Positions 51,301-61,632 of a stretch of 64,000 bases of DNA are shown here, piece by piece (position 1 is the first letter of the stretch; every line of letters begins with the position of its first letter). Position numbers and translations under genes: made by a program. Below the pieces are notes generated by a model. It had not been told where the DNA came from. It saw nothing but the letters and a program-made list of their open reading frames with translations, and did not search any database. The stretch comes from Isurus oxyrinchus (lineage: Eukaryota), in assembly GCA_026770705.1 (NCBI GenBank), contig JANJGN010000028.1, forward strand, positions 11,284,001 to 11,348,000, given 5' to 3'.

Positions 51301-53595
51301 TAGGAACAAAGGTAACACACATGCCAGAAAGGACCAGTGTGTGGAGGGGTGCCACTATCATTGGGAGAGTAGGAAAGGCCACTGGTAAATACAAACATTG
51401 GCTAAATGTGCAGGGTGAAGGATAGGAGACAAGACCCATGGATTGGCAAACTGAGGTAAAGACATGGAAACCCAGAAAGTGCACTATGAATTCTGACAAT
51501 AGACCAGAAGGTGGTTGTGACCCTAGAACAAAATCACGCACTTGTGAACAGGGTTCTGCTCACATGGGAGAAAGATCCTATAGTAGTAGTCCAGAAGGGG
51601 AGGGGTATGTGAGTAGAGGCCATACCTTAAGAATGACTAGCGAGCAAGCTAGGAATCTCAATAGAAGTAGAAGTCGTTATGGCTGAGAGATTTTAGTAGC
51701 TGCTAATAAATTAGAAAATAAGCTGATAAAGGAAGCCAAGCAGAAAGAGTTGGAAAGTTGGAAGGAATTTGGGGTATATTCTGAAATACCTGACAGAGGA
51801 CAGCCAGCTTTATCTCACAGATGGATCTGTACAGAAAAGGTACTCCCAGATGGCACATATAAGGCCAAAGCGAGGTTAGTAGCCTGAGGCTTTGAAAGGA
51901 GACTACGAGATCAGGATGTCCAAGTGGACTTGCCTACTGCGGGGAAAGTGAGTTTGAAAGTTAGTTTTTTTTTTAAGCTATTCTGGCATCCTATTCCTGA
52001 GAGGGCAAATTGATTGATATAAAGGCTGCATTTTACAGGGAGAGAAGTTTCAAAGGGAAGTTTTTTGAAACTGCCCAAAGAAACCGGTGATGTAGAAGGA
52101 AAGCTATGGAAATTGGGCGTGTGCTTATGGACTGAATGATGCGTCAAGAGTATGGTATTTTTCTGTGAGGTCTGTCCAGTTGAAAGCAGGTTGCATTCAG
52201 TTAAAGGCAGACCCTGCGATGTTCTACTGGTACCATAAGGAGAAACTAGCTGGAATATTTATCATGCATGTTGATGATTTCTTGTAGAGAAGCTCTGTAG
52301 AATTGAACGATGGGTAATCGAGAAGATAAAGAAGGAATTCAAGGTTGGAAGTCAGGCTTCAGGGGCCTTTAAATACATAGGTCTAGACAATAAGCAGAGC
52401 AAGTTAGGAGTGATACTGAATCAACAATCTTATCTAGAATATGTAAATCATATCCCAATAACTTGGGTTAGATCCTCATAAAAAGAGGATCCTGCTATCA
52501 AGGAAGAAACGGAACAGTTAAGAAGCTTGATTGGGCAGTATGCACTCAGACTAGGCCTGACGCTAGTTATGATGTGTTGGAGCTGTGTACCATGATGAAA
52601 CATGCTACAGTTGAGGAAGTTCTGAGAGCAAATAAAACACTACAAAAATTAAATTTGGAGAGGTGTGTGCTCAAGTTTCTAGCCATGGGTGATCCAGGAG
52701 ATATGAAGTTGGTCATTTTTAGCGATGCTTCACATGCCAATCTTCCAGATGGGTACTCTAGCACAGCAGAGTTTATAATATTCTTGGTGGGAAAGAATGA
52801 TGGATGTTGCCCGCTGGCTTGGGAAGCTAAGAAAATAAAAAGGGTGGTGAAAAGCACCTTAACTGCTGAAATGCTGGCCTTAGTAGAAGTGCTAGATATG
52901 GGGGTTTACTTATCCAATATACTGACAGAAATATTATATAAGGGGCAATATGAGAAAAGTTTACCCATAGAATGTTATGTTAATAACTGGTCCCTTTGGG
53001 ATAATGTTCATTTGATGAAAAGTGTCACTGAAAAAAGACTAAGAATAGACCTAGCCAGCATAAAAATGTTAGAGAGAAGAGAGATCTCTAAGATACAATG
53101 GGTTGACATAAGACACCAACTATCAGACATTTACAAAAAGAAGTGCCTGCTCTAAGAAATTATTAAACATATTGGAAGAGGGGTGTATTATGTTATAATG
53201 ATGAAATGGGGAAAAAATGTTTTGTAATTGTTTATATATATTTGGTAAAGGAAATAAGGATATAAATGTGGAAATACATACATTATTCCCTTCTGTTTGT
53301 TTCAAAAAGAATTTTCTTTAATTTTTTTTCAATTTAAACAAGAAAAGAGAGGAATCTGTCAATGTATAAATAATCACACTGCATGGCAATCACCTTGCTG
53401 AAGACAATTACTAGTTAAACAGGTGATGGGCACTGATTATCCCATCTAAACAGAATAAAAAGATAAAGCTGGAACACTTTGTGTGGAAGCTACTTGGAAG
53501 TCAGTAGCACTGAGGAGCTGTCATGAAAATGAACCAGCTTGAACCAAAATACCAGCCTGGATTAATTCTTCTACAACCACTTATTGAGAGTAACA
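48361..53595 (+). mobile_element. Full-length decayed Ty1/Copia LTR retrotransposon (GalEa-like)
   Basis: 239-bp LTRs at 48361-48599 and 53357-53595, 5-bp TSD aacta/agcta, degenerate iMet PBS and a PPT. Order is gag - PR (AVLDNGC) - IN (LHRQFAH..CEIC, FLTDNGGEF) - RT (KARLVA, MHVDDF) - RH (FSDASHAN). Confidence 0.9.
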
Positions 53596-54680
53596 AGCTA
53601 TCGTTCCTTGTCCTTCTCAACCTGTATACAGTCTTTGACACGGTTGGCAACACCATCCCCCTCCAAAGAATTGCCATTATTAGCCATCTGAGTAGGGCTG
53701 CACTTGCTTGGTTCCATTCTTATCTATCTAATCATAACTGGAGAATCACCTGTAATAGTTTCTCCTCCCACTCTTGCCCCATATTTCTGCAAAAGATCTA
53801 TCCTTGACTCCTGCCTATTTCTCATCTATACTCTAACTTTGAAGACATAGCCCGAAAACACAGCATTACATTTCACAAAGATAAAAACCTCTCTCTCCCC
53901 CGCACCCCCCACACACCTTAAACCAGCTTATATTTCAACTCTTTCTTGGACTCGAACTCAAGTTCTGTCGAAGGGTCATGAGGACTCGAAACATCAACTC
54001 TTTTCTTCTCCGCTGATGCTGCCAGACCTGCTGGTTTTTCCAGGTAATTCTGTTTTTGTATTACATTTCACAAGTTCACTGATGATTCCAGCTCTACCTC
54101 CCCAACACCATGCTCAACTTCTCCAGTGTTCTCCAAATTCTCAGACTGCTTGTCTGACTTCCAGTACTGACTAAGCAGAAATTTCCTCTAATTAAATTTT
54201 GGTAAGACCAAAACTATTATATTTGATCCCCACTATAAACTCTTTTCTCTAGCCATCAAATCCATCCCTCTCCCTGGCAACTGACTAAAGCTGAGCCAGG
54301 CTGTTAGCAACTTTGGTGTCATATTTGATGCAGATATGAGCTTCTGATCACATATCCATACCATCGCTAAGAATGCCTATTTCTACTTCTGTAACTTGCC
54401 TGACTTCACCCCTGCCTCAACTCATCTGTTACTGAAACCCTTATTCATGCCTTTGTTACTTTTAGTCTTGACTGTTCAATGATCTCCTGGCTGGCCTCCC
54501 ACATTCGACCCTCCATAAACTTGAGGTAATCTAAAATGCTGCTGCTTGTGTCTACCCATCAGTATTGTGCTCATTGACCTGCATTGATTCCCAGTCAAGC
54601 AACATCTCGATGTTAAAATTCTCAGCCTTGTTTTCAATCCTTCCATGGCTTTGACCCTCCTCATCTTTGTCACTCTGAGA
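53596..54680 (+). mobile_element. L2 LINE fragment, right part (contains a Penelope insert at ~53880-54060)
   Basis: LVLLNLYTVFDTV, ALAWFHSYLSN, ...DDSQLY RT motifs continuing from 48360. Confidence 0.75.
53880..54060 (+). mobile_element. Penelope-like terminal repeat with a minimal hammerhead motif (53961-53999)
   Basis: AGTT-CTGTCGA-A-GGGTC-ATGAG-GACTC-GAAAC-ATC-AACT. Confidence 0.65.
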
Positions 54681-54818
54681 TTAGCTAACAGATCGAGGAT
54701 CAAACTGAGGATCTTCCTCAGCTGCTTATCTCAACTATTAACTCAAAGACTTACTCAGTCTTCAGAGTGACTCACTGATTTTAATTCCATCTACAAACAC
54801 TTGTAAGACAATTGGCTA

Positions 54819-55205
54819 GAACAACAAAGAAAAGCACAGCACAGGAACAGGCCCTTCGGCCCTCCAAGCCTGCACCGATCATACTGCCTGTCAAACTAAA
54901 ACATTTTGCAATTCCAGGGTCCGTTTCCCTCTATTCCCATCCTATTCATGTATTTGTCAAGCTGCCTCTTAAACACCACTATCGTACCTGCTTCCACTAC
55001 CTCCTCTGGTAGTGAGTTCCAGACACTCACTACCCTCTGCATAAAGAACTTCCCCGCACATCTCCTCTAACGTTTTCTCCTCTCACCTTAAATCTATGTC
55101 CCCTAGTAATTGACTCTTCCACCCAGACTCTTCCAGAAAAAGCTTCTATCTACTCTGTCCATGCCACTCATAATTTTGTAAACTTCTATCAAGCTGCCCT
55201 TCAAT
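54819..55205 (-). mobile_element. CR1 LINE 3' fragment
   Basis: acagcacaggaacaggcccttcggccc tail in reverse orientation, followed by typical CR1 3' sequence. Confidence 0.75.
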
Positions 55206-55749
55206 CTCCGCCCGCCGACCTGTCAATGGCCAATTGAGACCATTGACAGGATAATTAAGATCATTAAAGACCCTGCTCGTCCAACCTTAAGGCTGGTGGG
55301 CAGGCCAAGAGCCCCAGCGGGCTTCTGTTAAACATGAAACCTCATCCACTGGCGGGATGATGTTTCATGTTTATGTTTAAAAACTTTAATAAAACTTCAG
55401 TGCTTCTTATTAACATGTCCCATCTCATGTGACATTGTCAGATGAGGGGGACATGTTAATAATGTTTTTATTTTTCTATTTTTAGTGTTTTTTTTAACCT
55501 GTCACTAATCTCCCTGAGAAAGCACTTAGTCTCAGGGAGAAGTGCGCTCTTTTGCATGCATGCGTGAAAGAACACACTTTGACAGTTGGGGATTCCCTCC
55601 CCCCCGCCTCACAGGAAGCGCAAAGTGCTTCCTGTCGGGCAGGCCGCTGGGTGGGCCTTAAATGGCCTACCCACTCAAAATGGTGGCAGGCCCTGTTTCG
55701 ATGGCAGGAGTTGGCTGCCCGCCCGCCCACCAAGGGCAAAATTCTGCCC
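55206..55749. mobile_element. Harbinger-type MITE, left-truncated
   Basis: Homologous to 37785-38459; right TIR aaaattctgccc. Confidence 0.7.
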
Positions 55750-55759
55750 AAAGTAATTT

Positions 55760-56105
55760 TTTAAAAATTCATTCATGGGATGTGGGCATCACTGGCTAGG
55801 GCAGCATTTAGTGCCCATCCCTAATTACCCTTTTTCAGAGGACATTTAAGAGTCAACCATACTGCTGTGAGTCTGGAGTCACATGTAGGCCAGACCAGGT
55901 AAGGGTGGCAGATTTCCTTCACTAAAGGACATTAGTGAACCAGATGGGTTTTTACAACAATTGACAATGATTTTGTGGTCATCATCAGACTTTTAATTCC
56001 AGATTTTTATTGAATTCAAATTTCACCATCTGCTGTGGTGGGATTCGAACCAGGGTCCCCAGAGCGTTACCCTGGGTCTCTGGAATACCAGTCCAGTGAC
56101 AATAT
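55760..56105 (-). mobile_element. tRNA-derived SINE, copy 3
   Basis: B box ggttcgaatccc on the minus strand; shared core and tail. Confidence 0.8.
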
Positions 56106-57651
56106 CACAATAATATCCATCAAGAATATGAGGCCAGATACAAACAATGCTGATTGTATGTAGTCAATCTAAGTTTAGATGGCCAAGATTGCCCATTGTA
56201 AAAATAGGGTATATCTGTACAGAAAACTCAATTTTTTTTGTCAGAAAAAAGCTATATCAAAATATTCAGAAGCATGACAAATAGGGAGCAGAAGTGGTTG
56301 CCAGAATTACAGAAATTTCAGGTTGAAGCTGGCAAATCCTTTCACAAAATAAGCCATGCCAAGTAATACACATTATGGCAAGAGAAATTGGCAGCAGTAA
56401 TTTATACATTTTTGCAACAGTTGGTCAATAATTGCCTGTAGTTACATATTTACACAATGATAGCAGTTACATTTTTCATTTATGTTCATAAGTAAATGTG
56501 GAATTCTGCTTGTCAGCTCATTTTATGCATACACTGGCTTATGTGGATATTAAAAAATATTCTTGCAGATCTTACGGAAATTGCATTTTTATACATATCC
56601 ATGGAATTTACTTAATTGAAGTAAAAAGGAAGTTGGAATTTTGTAAGTTGTAGTGCACTATAAAATAGCTGCCAAATCAATCAAGGTGGCCATTTAACCT
56701 GTGTGCATAAATCAAAATTGAGAATAAAGTTCTACTAAGTCTCCTGATCATCTCTGCAGTACCACAGATATTATATCCCTCACAACAGGTTTGAACACAA
56801 TAGGCCAGTGGCATCAATCGTATTGGGCAGAGAATTTATAGGTGTAGTTTTGTCACTATATTGTAATCTTAACACCGATGATTAGAATCCACGCGAGTCA
56901 AACACCACCTGATCGAAAAATAACATTCAGCCCAATTTACCCCAACATTTCAATCATTATGCAGCCAGATCAAGGGTAAATCAACAGAAAGTACTTTGAT
57001 AACTCCTGAAAGCAGTAACACTTAACACAAGTCCTAATTGCCTCATGAGTGTCCATTTGCTTTGGAAAACTGCCTTTGGATTTCAGGCTGATAGAAGATG
57101 GGTGAATTTGTGACAGATTTCATAAAATACTCCCTCTTCAAAGTTTTACAGATTACGATTGACATTGGAATAACTAAAATCATTTAAAACTATCAGATTA
57201 ATTTGAGGTAAGCAGATACTAATATCAATTTCATGAAAATTAATTTATCTCCATCATGAATTAAAGATCCAAAGATCAAAGTCAAAACAAACTTTATTTA
57301 TTAATTATGTAACTTGACTGGGAAGGAATTCTATAAAAGAGACCACCATAAAAGTTTACAGATTGCCATTATGTTCTGATCTTTAATTAAATTGAGAGCA
57401 GGATCTGATGAATTTTATAGGTCACATAAACTGTAACACAACCTGAAAGATGCCCTGTCTCTTGTTTCTTCATCATATCATGAAACATTCGTTACAAGTT
57501 CAGATTTAATCTTACAATAACTGAGGAAATGACAGCATTTACACATTGCATTGATATATTTTATATATAATTTTTGCTGTATTGTATTACAATTGTTCTT
57601 TGATAACAAAATTTGTTTAGAATGTACAAGGTATGGTATACCTGAAACACT

Positions 57652-58331
57652 GGGGTAGATTTTAAGGGGAGGCAGTAGGGGGAAGGGGGGTGGAGGGGAG
57701 GACTGGGGTTGGTGGGTCTATTCCCTGCCCCACCAACAGAAAGGTCTCTGGTCAGGCTGCTCACCTGAAACCCAGCTTCCTCTGGGATATTACGCGTGGG
57801 AAGCATTAATTGAGTCAGAGTGGAACTTCTGCCTCTATCTGGCCAATCTGGCTGCCAGCTCTGTAGTCCAGGTAATACCAAGATTGAGTAGTGGCCACTG
57901 CTGGGGCTAAAAGCAGTCCCTGAAGAAGACGACTGATGGATTCTGGACTTCAGTTAGTCTGGGGAATTAGGACCTAAGTGATGTGGTGGGGTAAGCAGGG
58001 GGAGGGGCCATGTTTTAGAGGTTGGGGAGGCTTAAAAGTGGAGTACAATCTTGGGGGATGCCTTTTATGAGCTCAGGGGACACCACAAAGAATGTTCCCC
58101 CTATTTCTGCAGTAAAAGCTGCTGTGACATTCACCTTGCTTCTGCCTTCCCCTGCCGCACGTATTGTAGCAGTAGAAGCGGAAAGGGCCTCAATAGGCCC
58201 AAGGCAGGTAGGTGGGCTAACTGTAATATAGGAGAAGGCCTGAAGTGGATGGGAAAGCAGTGGGCAGGACACCTGTTTTATTTTACTTCCCTCTTCAAAT
58301 ATGCTGGCAGGGAGGCGATAAAATTCAGCCC
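57652..58331. mobile_element. Old Harbinger-type MITE
   Basis: Degenerate TIRs ggggtagattt / aaattcagccc; TSD ACT/ACT. Confidence 0.5.
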
Positions 58332-58526
58332 ACTGTGGCGATGTGTGGGCTTTGCTAATTTATTTTCCACTTGACTGATTCTAGAGAATGGAGGCCATTT
58401 TTTAAATGATTTAAAAAAAATACTGTGCAAATGAATGTTCACAAAGGGGTAATTCTTGTAACAATTATACATTTAAATGCCAGATTTAAATGGAGAATAT
58501 ACTGTGCTCGTGAAAGATTTGTTTAC

Positions 58527-58652
58527 CTGTACAACCAGTTGTTCCTTTCTTAACAGAGTAGCCCAGTTCACAGTGACAAATGAATGATCCTTTAGTGTTC
58601 TCGCAGGAGCCACTGAGACATATATTTGGATTAAGTTCACATTCATTGACAT
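58527..58652 (-). CDS. FBN1: Fibrillin exon, cbEGF17 ([42 protein letters not shown])
   Basis: 126 bp, AG/GT, cbEGF consensus. NPNICLSG is FBN1-like; YSVKKGTTG is FBN2-like. Confidence 0.9.
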
Positions 58653-58871
58653 CTGTGGATCAAGGTTAAAACTAAGTTACAGCATCCACTGCTCCAGTAT
58701 ATTGTGCAATTGCGAATTGTTTAAGTAGGTTCTATACAGCTCGAGTGATGCTCTTCTAAACATTACACAATTCTTGACATTGTTTTTAATATATTCTCAT
58801 GTTATATACTCAGCTTAACACTTGAACAATAATACTTGAATATTAGCAAGACAACTACAAACAAGTCTAAC

Positions 58872-58997
58872 CTAGACAAGTCCTCATGTCCTCAGAAGCC
58901 ATAAATCCATCATAACATAGACATCGATATTCTCCAGGTACATTGGCACATTGCCCTCCATCACAAATGTCAGGATTGTCCTCACATTCATCAATAT
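58872..58997 (-). CDS. FBN1: Fibrillin exon, cbEGF16-equivalent ([42 protein letters not shown])
   Basis: 126 bp, AG/GT flanks on the minus strand, phase 1-1, six-Cys cbEGF consensus. EDNP and ASEDM match FBN1 as recalled. The exon is secure; the paralog identity is less so. Confidence 0.9.
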
Positions 58998-59111
58998 CTG
59001 GAAGAAAAAGATTAGTTTATATGATCATTAAATTTTAATCTACATAGCAATATACACTGAAAGTATTATTTTGTAAAGTATGCTAACAGAGTTATTACTT
59101 AATACACACTG

Positions 59112-59920
59112 GGGACACGGTGGCAGAGTGGTAATGTCAAGAGACCAGTAATCCAGAGGCCTAGGCTAAATACCGTGGGGACACAGATTTATATCCTATC
59201 ATGGCAGCCGGAAGAATTTAAATTCAATTAATAAAATCTGGAACTGAAAGTTAATCTCAGTAAGAGTGACCACAAAACTGTCATCGAGTGTCGTAAAAAG
59301 CTTCTGGTTCACTCATTTATTTATTATCCTTTTCCCCCAAACTCCCTGCCCCCCCTCAACAGGACCATCTGTCACTTGTTTTTATGTTTTGTTTTCACAA
59401 AGCGCTGACCCTTGTTCTGCTATTAACACATTCTGCTATCTTACCTTTATGCCACCAACAGCACCTTCTTTTGTGTTTAACACTACCGTTAACACTCCCT
59501 TCGTTCTGTGTCCATGATATCTTTGTCAAATTTCTCCTTAGCTCCCATCTTCTATTCTGTTCCACCTGCTCCACCCCTATATAAAATCCTTCACATTTGT
59601 ACTTCTCTTTAGCTTTGAAGAAGAGTCATATTGACTCAAAACATTAACGCTTGTTTCTCTTTCACAGATGCTGTCAGACCTGCTGAGTCTTTCCAGCATT
59701 TTCTGTTATTTCTGGTTCACTCATTTTCTTTAGGGGAGGAAATCTGCCATTCTTACCCAGTCTGACCTACATGTGACTCCAGACCCACAGCAATGTGGTT
59801 GACTCTTTAATTGCCTTTTGAAATAGCCTAGCAAGCCACTCAGTTTAACAGCAATTAGGGATGGGCAACAAATGTTAGCCTTGCCAGCAACACCCACATC
59901 CAATGGAAGAATAAAAGCAA
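59112..59920 (+). mobile_element. tRNA-derived SINE, copy 4, split by a Penelope-like insert (~59315-59710)
   Basis: A box ggtggcagagtgg. The sequence tctggttcactcattt is duplicated on both sides of the insert. Confidence 0.7.
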
Positions 59921-60205
59921 AACTATTAGAGATGTCATGTTTCAGGTAAGATGTGAAATTGAGGTTACTTTCACCTGTTCAGGAAAAACTTAAAGAACCC
60001 ATGGAACTATTCAAGCGCATCATCATTTCTCCTCATGCCAACATCACTAAAAATAGGAAGGGGTTTGAGACAATTCTCAGGTGTAAGAAGCCAGCATATA
60101 AATGACATTCTCATTTAGTATATATAGATGATTGGGGCACAGCAATAAAAACAGCTCTTTCCAAAACTCTAGGTCAACTAAACTTAAAATAGAAATAGAA
60201 ATGTA

Positions 60206-61632
60206 GGGTGGAATTTTCCACCCCCGCCAGTGGCGGGAATCGTGGTAAACTGGGACACTTAATTTGGCAGGAGGCAAAAAATGTTTCCCAATGGCGGGAT
60301 AAACTGCAAGTTTTATTCTCCCGATTTTCAAGGTGGGTTAAAGGTGGGTCAAGTTTCCAAACGAACAATGTCAGGAATCTTATTGGCATTCATTAGTATC
60401 TCATGCAAGCTAATTAAAAGGCCACCTCACTGGAATTAGTGCCCCCTCCAAATTAAGTTCCTCACCAATGAGAATTTCGAACGTTCAGTTTTATGACTAC
60501 ATTTAAGTAGCACGCACCTGATGAGCTTCACAACTTTGAGGTCAGTAGATGTTGCTTTCTCCTTCCTAGGGACCTCGCATAAATTCATTTGAGAGCCTGT
60601 GCCAAGGCAGGATGGAAGGGTGGAGCGCAGGCTGGATCGGGGAGGCTGGCCTACTGAAAGGGTGGGGGAGTGTATCCGGGACAGGGTGGGAAGGTGGGGA
60701 GAGTGTCTGGGGAATTACAGGGGAGAGTGTGTGTAGGGAAGGGTGGGGAATGCCTGGGAAATGGGGATGGCAGAGTGTCTGGGGAAGAGGGAGTGAGGAG
60801 AGACTGCCCAGGTGAGGATCTGGGAATGGTGTTGTGTGTTTGGGGGAGATGCCCGAGGGAGGAATGTGTCTTAGAGGGTGTGGTCAGTGGTGGGTGCACT
60901 CAGGATTCTGGTGACAGGAGGAAACAATCACAGTCAGAGGGCAGAGTGGAATGCAGTCGGGTGGCAGGTACAGGGTGAAAGTCTGGAGGTGAAGGTCTCA
61001 TCGTGGGGGTGGGTCACAGAGGAGGGCAAGAGAGGTGGCTCAGATAACGGGAGAGAGCAGAGAGCACAGGGATCACTCAATAGCGGGTGTCAGCTCTGAG
61101 GGGAGGGAAGGCATGTCGAGGCTAATTATGATCAGGTCCAGGTTACCAGGGAGGGGTTCAAGGTGACAGAGCGGAGAGGATTGGTGTTTTCTCTTTAGTT
61201 TAGATACCTCTTTGCAGAGGATGTGGAGCAAGCTTGAAAGGTAAAGTGCACTTAAAAAAAATCAAATCTGAAGTTGACCACGCAGTTCGTCAGTCAGCGA
61301 GATCCCTCAAGCTGGGAGGAGGATCTTTTCGGGTGATGAAGTTCAAGGTCAGCACAACTAGCTGACTAAAGTAACACCCTAATAATTAAGGCAACTGGAT
61401 GTCAACCATGCTCAGCTGTGCTCTCCTCTCTGTGGTGAAGCCTGTATTGCAGCAGGTTTGTTCCCAACACATGGGTCTCATAACATTGAGATTCTAGCAA
61501 GGTCTGGAGCTGCCATTTTTGTGCCATTTGCCATCAGCTGCAATCAAAGGCAGGGATGAAGGGAGGGAGGGAGGTGGAAGTCTCCAAGGGGCTTGACTGG
61601 TGGAGGGCAGCCAACTCACAACTCCAAACTAT
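60206..61632. mobile_element. Left part of a Harbinger-type element, interrupted by an LTR element
   Basis: Left TIR gggtggaattttcc resembles the one at 7873; no right TIR in the window. Confidence 0.45.

Noticed and set aside
59930-60050. Deu-domain SINE fragment
   Set aside because: Only a faint resemblance; too decayed to call by eye.
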